From assembly GCA_963701665.1 (NCBI GenBank), contig OY969622.1:480001-544000 (forward strand): 64,000 nt of DNA, given 5' to 3'. Made by a program: the position numbers and the translations under genes. Of this stretch, positions 49,951 to 57,556 are shown in pieces (the stretch's first letter is position 1; the number at the start of each line of letters is the position of its first letter). This DNA comes from Candidatus Babeliales bacterium. Lineage in GTDB: Bacteria; Babelota; Babeliae; Babelales; JANWKD01. The notes beneath the pieces are model-generated. The model ran no database searches and was not told the DNA's origin. It saw only the letters and a program-made list of their open reading frames with translations.

Positions 49951-50030
49951 CTATAAAAATATTTGACTTTTAACACAATCACTCGGGATGACATTCTTTT
50001 TTTCGATGCCTTTTTTTAGATAGCAACTAT

Positions 50031-50414
50031 TTATTTGCGCAAAACTTGAACTAATTGAAATCTATTACCATCAGTGTCGGTAAAAGAAGCTAATTTAACT
50101 TCATTAGGGATTTCTTGAATGCCACCGAATTTTACGCCTTGAGCTTCTAACTCTTTTTTCTTTGCAAGAAGATCGTCAACTACCATGGTGACTACGGCAC
50201 TGCTGCCAGCTTTTCCTGTTCCTGTTTCTGGTCCTTTTTGTTCTTGGCAAATACCTAAAATCATACCGCCATCATGCCCAATAACTTCAAGCCAATTATA
50301 TTCTTTTGTATATTGCTTAACTTTTAAGCCGAGCACTTCGGTATAAAATTTTTTAGCTTTTTCCAAATCTGAAACGGTGATCCAGGAAAGTTCCATTTTT
50401 TTGATGCCGGACAT
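50031..50414 (-). CDS. VOC/glyoxalase family protein
   Basis: VSDLEKAKKFYTEVLG, VDDL, FTDTDGN. Confidence 0.9.
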   Translation of the reverse strand: MSGIKKMELSWITVSDLEKAKKFYTEVLGLKVKQYTKEYNWLEVIGHDGGMILGICQEQKGPETGTGKAGSSAVVTMVVDDLLAKKKELEAQGVKFGGIQEIPNEVKLASFTDTDGNRFQLVQVLRK

Positions 50415-50488
50415 AAAAATCCTTTTTGTTATAAAAAAAATATTTTAAAATACAAAGTATTTTTATTTTAAAGATTTGAGGGTAAATG

Positions 50489-50695
50489 TCAAAGCTGGAT
50501 AGGCTTACTTTGTGTCATCGTGGTCGTTAAGTCAACATGGGCATCATGTTTAGGGTAAGGTTGATAGAATTCATCACTAAAAAAGGTGGGAGAAGTTTTA
50601 GTAACTTTACCGACGCAGGTGGGGCATGCAGAGAGGTTCAAACACGTACTAAGAAATAACAAGAAACATATGCTGCTTTTACCGAGGATAGTCAT
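50489..50695 (-). CDS. Small secreted protein with CPTC motif
   Basis: AAGGA RBS; signal peptide ending LSA then CPTC. Confidence 0.6.
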   Translation of the reverse strand: MTILGKSSICFLLFLSTCLNLSACPTCVGKVTKTSPTFFSDEFYQPYPKHDAHVDLTTTMTQSKPIQL

Positions 50696-50826
50696 AATCA
50701 GTCCTTACATTTTTTCTGTTAAGATTTCAGCGTGCAAAGTTCTGATTATATAATATCATTATATGTTTTCTAATTGCAATATATATAAGGTATTTTAGCG
50801 TATTATTACGTGTATAAAAGAAGTTT

Positions 50827-51744
50827 TTAAAAACCTCGTTCAACAATTTTTGTTGGGTTATACATAAAGAGATCCATGAGCTCTTTATCCGCTAGGAATT
50901 TGCTTATATGTGGAGCATAGTAAGGATCCTGGAGTGCACAACCGATGGTTGCTTTTATCCAGCCGATAGGATTACCGATATCATAGCGGAGACCTTGTAC
51001 TTTAAATGCAAACACTTTTTCATTATTGTGCATCATTTGTCCAATCGCATCAGTAAGCTGTAGTTCGCCTTTTGCATCAGTTTCGATCGAATCTAATGCG
51101 GAAAAGATTTTATGGGAAAGGATATAACGCCCAATAATGGCTAGATTTGAAGGGGCATCTTTTTGATCAGGTTTTTCGATGACATGGGATACTTGGAAAA
51201 GATTTGGGGTTATCTGTTTTTTTATGCCAATAATGCCATACGATGAAGTGTTATCAAGGGGAACTTCTTGAACGGCGATAACACTCGCTTTTTCTTGGCG
51301 CGCGATCTTTATAAGTTGTGCCATTGCTGATTGCTTGCTGATAATAATTTCATCAGGAAGTTGAACGCCAAAGTATTCTTTTGTTATGCAATGGCGGGCT
51401 AGCCAAACAGCATGGCCAAGACCAAGTGGTTCAGGTTGACGGATATAACTGAAATGTGCTTCTCGATTTATTTTCTTGAGTGTATTCAAAGAATCACCAA
51501 GGCCACGTTCTTTGAGTAATAGTTCAAGTTCCATGTCAAAATCGAAATGATTTACAAGAGATTCTTTATGCTTATTAAGGATAAAGAAGCAGTTAGTAAT
51601 ATTTGCTTCAAGAGCTTCTTCAACAATGTATTGCACTGCAGGTTTGTTGAGTAAAGGGATCATTTCTTTGGGTAATGCTTTAGTGAAGGGAAGAAAACGT
51701 GTCCCCAATCCTGCTGCAGGAATAATTGTTTTGATAATATCCAC
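50827..51744 (-). CDS. galU: UTP-glucose-1-phosphate uridylyltransferase
   Basis: PAAGLGTRFLP, PKEM, QPEPLGLGHA, EKP, GELQLTDA. Confidence 0.95.
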   Translation of the reverse strand: MDIIKTIIPAAGLGTRFLPFTKALPKEMIPLLNKPAVQYIVEEALEANITNCFFILNKHKESLVNHFDFDMELELLLKERGLGDSLNTLKKINREAHFSYIRQPEPLGLGHAVWLARHCITKEYFGVQLPDEIIISKQSAMAQLIKIARQEKASVIAVQEVPLDNTSSYGIIGIKKQITPNLFQVSHVIEKPDQKDAPSNLAIIGRYILSHKIFSALDSIETDAKGELQLTDAIGQMMHNNEKVFAFKVQGLRYDIGNPIGWIKATIGCALQDPYYAPHISKFLADKELMDLFMYNPTKIVERGF

Positions 51745-51773
51745 CTAAAACTCCTTTTTCAAAAAATAAGTAG

Positions 51774-52808
51774 CTAAAATTGTTTCAAAAATTCTAATTT
51801 TGCTGATGTGAATAACCGAATATCGGTTATGCGGTAATAAAGCATTGTTAATCGATCGAGGCCGAACCCAAATGCGCAACCTGAATACTTTTCGGTGTCA
51901 ATATTACAGCATCTTAAAACATCAGGATGTACAAGTCCAGCGCCGCCGATTTCAATCCATTTGGTCTTTTTGCATACAGAACAACCTTCTGTGCAGAAAG
52001 GGCATGAAATATCGACTTCAATTCCTGGCTCAACAAAAGGAAAATAACTTGAACGAACGCGAATTTCTAAATTTTCTTTTTCAAAAAATTTTCTAAAAAA
52101 AACTTTAATAGTACCAAGCAATTGTGCCATAGAAATGTTTTGATCAATAATAAGGAGCTCTAGCTGATTAAACATAAAATCATGGGTGGCATCAGTTGCT
52201 TCATGACGATATGCTCTTCCTGGCGCAATAACTGCTAAGGGCAATTCTCTTTCTTTCATTGCGTGAATTTGCACAGGAGAGGTATGCGTGCGCAAAAGTA
52301 ATCCGGGAATATCAAGCCATAGTGTATCCCATTCATCGCGAGCAGGGTGATCGGCAGGAATATTGAGTGCTTCAAAATTATAATATTCTGTTTCTGCTTC
52401 TGGGCCGTAAGCGATAGAGTAGCCCATGGAAATAAAGATATCTTGAACTTTTTTATAGATATGTGAAAGCGGATGCAAAGTTCCTCGTTGTGCATGCGGT
52501 TGATAGGCGGTAACATCGAAGAATTTTTCTTTTTGGAGCTGTTGTGTAAGAACGCCTTTTTGTAGTTCAGTAAGACGTTGGTCAAATGCCTGTTGTACAT
52601 CTTGTTTTAACTCATTTATGGCAGGGCCGACAGCTTTTTTTTCTTCCAAGGAAAGTTCTTTTAAGCGCGGCATTAACTGTGCAATAGTGCCCTGACGACC
52701 AAGGGTAGTAATGCGAAACTGCTCTAACTCCTCAAGGGTGTTAATGGTCTTGAGCATTGAAAGGCTATTATTTTTGAGCTGTTGTATTTCCTCTAAAAGC
52801 GATGGCAT
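51774..52808 (-). CDS. pheS: Phenylalanine-tRNA ligase alpha subunit
   Basis: HPARD, LRTHTS, DATH, FPFVEP, GFGLDR. Confidence 0.97.
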   Translation of the reverse strand: MPSLLEEIQQLKNNSLSMLKTINTLEELEQFRITTLGRQGTIAQLMPRLKELSLEEKKAVGPAINELKQDVQQAFDQRLTELQKGVLTQQLQKEKFFDVTAYQPHAQRGTLHPLSHIYKKVQDIFISMGYSIAYGPEAETEYYNFEALNIPADHPARDEWDTLWLDIPGLLLRTHTSPVQIHAMKERELPLAVIAPGRAYRHEATDATHDFMFNQLELLIIDQNISMAQLLGTIKVFFRKFFEKENLEIRVRSSYFPFVEPGIEVDISCPFCTEGCSVCKKTKWIEIGGAGLVHPDVLRCCNIDTEKYSGCAFGFGLDRLTMLYYRITDIRLFTSAKLEFLKQF

Positions 52809-52966
52809 AAAAAGGCACCTAACATGTTAAAAAAGATTATAGAAAGCAGCCTAACAAACCTGGATATGTTTGGCAATCTGCAAAGCGATGAAGAGTTGAC
52901 AAAAAATGCGAGATCGTTAGGCTACTAACAATACATTTCAATAAGGTTGGCCCTTACTTTTCTCAA

Positions 52967-53041
52967 GCCGAGGTAGCTCAGTGGTAGAGCATGTGCCTGA
53001 AGAGCACAGTGTCGGTGGTTCGATTCCGCTCCTCGGCACCA
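52967..53041 (+). tRNA. tRNA-Phe(GAA)
   Basis: Cloverleaf, stem TGTGC/GCACA, loop CTGAAGA, encoded CCA. Confidence 0.95.
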
Positions 53042-53247
53042 ATCTACGCCTTCATGGGGAAAAACTTCGATGTGTTATTTGGCTACGATTGGTTACGCCA
53101 GTCTTCGTTTATCCGCGCCTTCCGGCTCGGCAAACTACGCCTGGCTTCGCCCTGCATGAAGATTAACAATAATAAAAAACGAAGACTGTCCGGCATAGCT
53201 TCTTTAACGTAGAAATTGATATTCTCAAAACAAAAGCGACGACGGAC
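53042..53247 (+). repeat. Family C trailer array after tRNA-Phe (variant C1, canonical C1, C2)
   Basis: ATCTACGCC..GGCTACGATTGGTTACGCCA, then GTCTTCGTTTATCCG..CTACGCCTGGCTTCGCC, then CGAAGACTGTCCGGCATAGC..GCGACGACGGAC. Confidence 0.88.
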
Positions 53248-53416
53248 CATCTTTCGTTCATTTCCTCAATAGATCTTTCTACAATAAACCAGTATTTTTT
53301 TTTACTATACAAGTAAAAACATTTTGTTGAATTTGTATATTTTTTTTTAATACAATAATTGTTGCAGTATGATACGAAGAAATGGTGTTAAAATAAAAAA
53401 TTATTTAAGGAGCAAG

Positions 53417-53818
53417 ATGGATAAAAGGTTATTTTTTTTTATCATCATTGTACCTATGATAAGTTTAGGTGGTGTAGGGCAACTTAGAAGAGCTGATAGT
53501 GCGCCCACTACTGTTTCAGAGTATAGAAAGTATAAAAAGGAATCTAGCCCACCATTGCAAGCCAGAAAAGAGCTTTCAAAAAGCATGACACCTCAGCCAG
53601 AAATGATAAGGATTCCTAAAGAAACAAAGCAGATAGCAAAATGGTTATTGGTTCGCAAAAAAAACTATCATAGAGATGGTGAATTAACTGATGCAGCAAA
53701 TGTGCTTTATACAATGTCGAAAGAAGTAAATAAACATGATTTGCTTATACATACGGATGAAATATTATTTATAAGTCTAATGGCAAAAGCCCACATCACA
53801 AAGGAAGTGAAAGAATAA
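53417..53818 (+). CDS. Hypothetical protein
   Basis: AAGGAG RBS, signal-like N-terminus. Confidence 0.6.
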   Translation: MDKRLFFFIIIVPMISLGGVGQLRRADSAPTTVSEYRKYKKESSPPLQARKELSKSMTPQPEMIRIPKETKQIAKWLLVRKKNYHRDGELTDAANVLYTMSKEVNKHDLLIHTDEILFISLMAKAHITKEVKE

Positions 53819-53907
53819 AAATGATAAGAGCTTGTCGGCATAAGAATGTAATGTTACCTTACTAAAAAAAGAGCAGTGAAGCCCAAAAATAAAAAAAGGA
53901 TTTTGAA

Positions 53908-54561
53908 ATGAGGCAGCTTCCAGCAGATAAGTATAATGTAGCGTGGTTTAAGTTAGCAGAATTTGTCGTGCGCGGTGAAAAAGAACGAGCGTTAGGACTT
54001 TATAGACTCCTCGTTCATTCTTTTGACGATGCTGCTTTAGCCTATCAGCTCGAGGGCGATCTTTTATTATCATTTCATGATGGTGCTGCTGCAAAAGAGA
54101 AATATGAGTATGCAGCTCAAAAATATGCCCAAGCACATCGTTTTATTGAATCAGCAGCAGTCTATGAACATCTTATTTCTTTAGCATCTGATTGTCAGGA
54201 TTATCACGAACAACTTCTTTTGTTATATAAAAAATTAAACTACGATGCGCGCCTCCTTGTTGTACTTAAACAAGTAGGTGAACTTTTAGTCAAAAAAGGG
54301 CGCACTGAGGATCTTATAACGACGCTTGAACAGTATGAATCATGTCTAAATCCTCAACAACGAGCGGACATCTACGGATTTTTCACGTTGTTACTCGTAG
54401 AACATAAAAACCAACAAGCTACCATTGAACTCTATTTAGAAAAGACTGCAGAACTGCTGCTTGCTAGTGATGATACACAACAAATACCAGCATTTTTAAT
54501 GAAATTAGATGCGCTTAATACGAAGTATTATCAAAAAGTTGTTCATTATTTAAAAGACTGA
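53908..54561 (+). CDS. TPR-like helical hypothetical protein
   Basis: AAGGA RBS; helical repeat pattern (A..LY, AA.VYE). Confidence 0.65.
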   Translation: MRQLPADKYNVAWFKLAEFVVRGEKERALGLYRLLVHSFDDAALAYQLEGDLLLSFHDGAAAKEKYEYAAQKYAQAHRFIESAAVYEHLISLASDCQDYHEQLLLLYKKLNYDARLLVVLKQVGELLVKKGRTEDLITTLEQYESCLNPQQRADIYGFFTLLLVEHKNQQATIELYLEKTAELLLASDDTQQIPAFLMKLDALNTKYYQKVVHYLKD

Positions 54562-54619
54562 CAAATACACATCTCCTTACTAAAATCTATTTTTTACCTT
54601 ACGCAGTTATGCGGCCCTA

Positions 54620-54757
54620 TGCGGGCAGCACCAATGTATTGCGTGCCCAATACATTGGATACAAGGGCACCAACATTCTGTTGGATCGAACTTCCCGCGC
54701 GAAATGCGCACTCAAAAACATTGATGCTGCGCATCATGATTTTGAGCTTGTCGCGCT
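54620..54757. repeat. Palindromic GC-richer element that is the target of IS110 #2
   Basis: CCAATGTATTG/CAATACATTGG and GCGCGA..CTCAAAA..TGATGC/GCATCA..TTTTGAG..TCGCGC hairpins, ending GCGCTAC once the IS is removed. Confidence 0.65.
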
Positions 54758-54831
54758 TGTATGTTAAAAAAAGAAATAGTTTCCATACCAGATCTGTATT
54801 TACTAAGTTTTTTAATGGAAGTGTTTGCTAA

Positions 54832-54970
54832 AAAAGCTGATAGATCTCGTTGTCGCGCTTGGCCCTGAGAGACCGCCCGGTAGTTTGAGACTATCAGCTT
54901 TCAAATAGATTATCTCGAACAATCACTAGAGACATAGTGATATGATCTCGAATGTTTACAAGCAAGAGGA
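54832..54970 (+). ncRNA. Predicted bridge RNA core of IS110 #2
   Basis: Same scaffold as #1; LTG TGTCGCGCT 54851-59 equals left flank 54749-57; RTG CCGGTAG 54877-83; LDG ACAATCACT 54919-27; RDG TACAAG 54957-62. Confidence 0.87.
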
Positions 54971-54974
54971 ATGT

Positions 54975-55922
54975 ATGAAAAACATAGCAAAAGTATATAT
55001 CGGTGTCGATATTTCAAAAGATGAACTTGATATTTCTGTGTATCCAACAGGAAAATCTTTTAAAATTCCAAATGATAAACCTGGGATAAAAAAAATTATC
55101 AGATTTCTTACTAAGCATGATGTTGCACAAATTGCCTGCGAAGCAACTGGCGGCTATGAAAAATTGCTTGCACAATTGCTACAAAAAAGCTCTTATCCTT
55201 TATGGATAGTGGATCCAAGAAGGATCAAAGGCTTTATCATTGCTAGTGGCTGTAGGAGTAAAACTGATAAAAATGATGCAAAGAAAATTGCTGAATTCGC
55301 TGCTAAGAATTCACCCGACTTTGAAGTAATCAACAAAAGTGAATATCACGATTCACTCGTAGCTTTGATTAATCGCAAAAATGATTTGATAAAATTTCGT
55401 GCATCCGAGAAAACCAGATTAAAACATCCTATACACATGTTGCATCATGCAAATATAGAAAAATTCATCAAAACATTAGAAAAGGAAATTAAATCAATTA
55501 CGTTACAAATACAAAGTCTTGTGCAACAGGATGAAGCTTTACATGCAAAGTCAAAAATTCTAGAAACTATCCCAGGTATTGGCGAATCTTCTGCCATACT
55601 CTTATTGTCGTTTGTTCCTGAACTCGGGCACATAAGTAATAGCAAAATATCAGCACTCATTGGCGTTTGTCCTTATGAAAATGAAAGTGGAAAATATAAG
55701 GGTAAAAAGTTTATTAGAGGCGGTAGAACGATTCCAAGGAAAGCTCTTTACATGTGTGCTTTGGCAACAATTAAATATTACCCACCTTTAAAAGCATTTT
55801 ACAATCGACTAATCACAGCTAAAAAACCTTTCAAAGTCGCTCTTGTTGCCGTAATGCATAAACTTATTATTATTGCTAATTCACTCTTAAGAAAAGGTGA
55901 AGTATGTGTAACTTTTAATTGA
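54975..55922 (+). CDS. IS110-family DEDD recombinase/transposase
   Basis: GVD, CEATG, KTDKND, IPGIG, ESG, ALYM; start set by alignment to #1 and GAGGA RBS. Confidence 0.95.
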   Translation: MKNIAKVYIGVDISKDELDISVYPTGKSFKIPNDKPGIKKIIRFLTKHDVAQIACEATGGYEKLLAQLLQKSSYPLWIVDPRRIKGFIIASGCRSKTDKNDAKKIAEFAAKNSPDFEVINKSEYHDSLVALINRKNDLIKFRASEKTRLKHPIHMLHHANIEKFIKTLEKEIKSITLQIQSLVQQDEALHAKSKILETIPGIGESSAILLLSFVPELGHISNSKISALIGVCPYENESGKYKGKKFIRGGRTIPRKALYMCALATIKYYPPLKAFYNRLITAKKPFKVALVAVMHKLIIIANSLLRKGEVCVTFN

Positions 55923-56006
55923 CTTTTAACACAATCACTACAGGACTTTAATAAATTCCTTAATGAGTAATTTTATATAGGAATTTTCGCATCAAAGAGT
56001 CTTTTA

Positions 56007-56828
56007 TTATTTTTTAAAAAATAAATCCTTATTTTTTTGGATAATTACTACCGATGTTAAAAGCAAAATTAGCCATAAAATAAACCATGTCAATGGTGTA
56101 ATGTGAAAAAAGTTAAGACAAACATCATAAATACTATGAAAGATTATAGTAATTAAAATACTGCGATTGTTTTTTGCATATAACCAATTTGTTACGATTG
56201 TTATTAAGAATAGACCAGTAAAGTAAATAAAGACCTGAGGTATTCCCTTATCCCATATTTCTTTTTGTAAGCCGCCATTCTTAATGAAGAATAAAGGGAC
56301 ATGCCATAAGCCCCAAATTGCACTAAAAATTAAAGATGTTTTTATTAAATTAAATTTTTCTCTTAAGCTATCAATGCTGTAGCCATGCCAACCTATTTCT
56401 TCGAAAGGACCAATAAGAAATAAAACTAATAGTATGATTAAAAAAGCTTTTCCTTGTAACAATAGATCCGAGGATTGTGAAATCAAGGAAAATTGACTTA
56501 TGGGCTCACCAAAAAATAAAGACAAAGTTATAGCAAGCAAAATAGAACATGGAAATAAGAATAAAACAATGGGAATAAACTCTCTTTTGATGCTAGTGAG
56601 ACGTAATCGTTGAAAAAAATCATGCCATAATTCTTTATTCCTTGATTTAATCAACATTATTATTGTACCAATCGCCGGTCCGCTTAAACCAAAAAGAACT
56701 AAAGGCAATAAAAGGTGTTGGAGCGAAGGTTGTCTACTTGCATAAATTGCGATAAACCAAGGTATCCAGCTAATAAAAAAAGTTATTAAAAAAAAGTTTA
56801 ACGGTTCATATTTATATGTTCTTAACAT
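56007..56828 (-). CDS. CPBP/CAAX (Abi-family) intramembrane metalloprotease
   Basis: EEIGWHGY, WGLWH, FH motifs, multiple TMs. Confidence 0.88.
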   Translation of the reverse strand: MLRTYKYEPLNFFLITFFISWIPWFIAIYASRQPSLQHLLLPLVLFGLSGPAIGTIIMLIKSRNKELWHDFFQRLRLTSIKREFIPIVLFLFPCSILLAITLSLFFGEPISQFSLISQSSDLLLQGKAFLIILLVLFLIGPFEEIGWHGYSIDSLREKFNLIKTSLIFSAIWGLWHVPLFFIKNGGLQKEIWDKGIPQVFIYFTGLFLITIVTNWLYAKNNRSILITIIFHSIYDVCLNFFHITPLTWFILWLILLLTSVVIIQKNKDLFFKK

Positions 56829-57454
56829 TAATGTTCCTTTAATTTGTTTAAAAACTGAAAAGAGCCTGCAGGCGCTTTTAATTGCCGTTCTATTAAGCTA
56901 GGAAATGCATGTATCCTCCGCTCTAAATCTTGTCGTGACCATGGGTAAATTCCTCGATCAGTTAAGAATTGAGCGCCTGAAAGAATAAATTCTGCACTTT
57001 CCAAGGGAGTTTGTGTATGAAAAATTCCTTCATCGCAGCCCTGTTTAATAAGTTCTCCATACAACGGTGCTAGCTTTATTAATGTTAAAGCTAAAAGGCG
57101 GGTATGCATTACTTCATTACTTGGTTGGTGAAGGCTTTCCAAAATGTTTGTATAATTAACAGCGATGTTGCTTGCTCCAATGAGAACTTGCATTTTTTTT
57201 AAAGCATTACCCTTTGTTTTATGAATACGATCCTGCATTAGTTCAATATGGGTATCGACGATATTTTCAACTACTGCCTCGAGTAATGCTTCTTTGGAAG
57301 GGAAATAATGATAGATGGTCCCTTTGGCAATATCTAGATAGTTTATTATATCTTGCATAGTAGTTTTCTCATATTCCTTGGTTTGGAATAAGTGTTTAGC
57401 CGCTTCTATAATATCGAGCTTGCGCTCTGTAGGTTTTTTTATACTTTTTAACAC
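56828..57454 (-). CDS. TetR/AcrR family regulator
   Basis: HTH IAKGTIYHYFPSKEAL. Confidence 0.92.
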   Translation of the reverse strand: MLKSIKKPTERKLDIIEAAKHLFQTKEYEKTTMQDIINYLDIAKGTIYHYFPSKEALLEAVVENIVDTHIELMQDRIHKTKGNALKKMQVLIGASNIAVNYTNILESLHQPSNEVMHTRLLALTLIKLAPLYGELIKQGCDEGIFHTQTPLESAEFILSGAQFLTDRGIYPWSRQDLERRIHAFPSLIERQLKAPAGSFQFLNKLKEH

Positions 57455-57487
57455 GATATTAACCCCTTAACTTAAGTTTCTTATCTA

Positions 57488-57516
57488 ATTATAGCAACCG
57501 ACCGACCGTCGGTCAA
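57488..57516 (-). promoter_or_regulatory. Promoter with overlapping TetR-type operator
   Basis: TTGACC-17 bp-TATAAT; perfect IR GACCGAC-C-GTCGGTC at 57500-57514. Confidence 0.8.
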
Positions 57517-57556
57517 GGGGGGGGGCTAATTAATACTTTAGAGACTTATAACTCTG

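Larger units (their letters stand above)
48783..49983 (+). mobile_element. IS110-family element #1 (IS621-like), CT core at both ends
   Basis: Ends CT|TGTATGTTAAAA ... TTTTAACACAATCA|CT shared with IS #2. Confidence 0.93.
54756..55939 (+). mobile_element. IS110-family element #2 (IS621-like), CT core at both ends
   Basis: CT|TGTATGTTAAAA ... TTTTAACACAATCA|CT. Confidence 0.93.

Noticed and set aside
52981..53212. Two short ORFs
   Set aside because: They overlap tRNA-Phe and its trailer repeats.
57517..57525. G9 tract as a phase-variation switch
   Set aside because: It lies outside the -35/-10 spacer and outside coding sequence, and there is no evidence of length variation.
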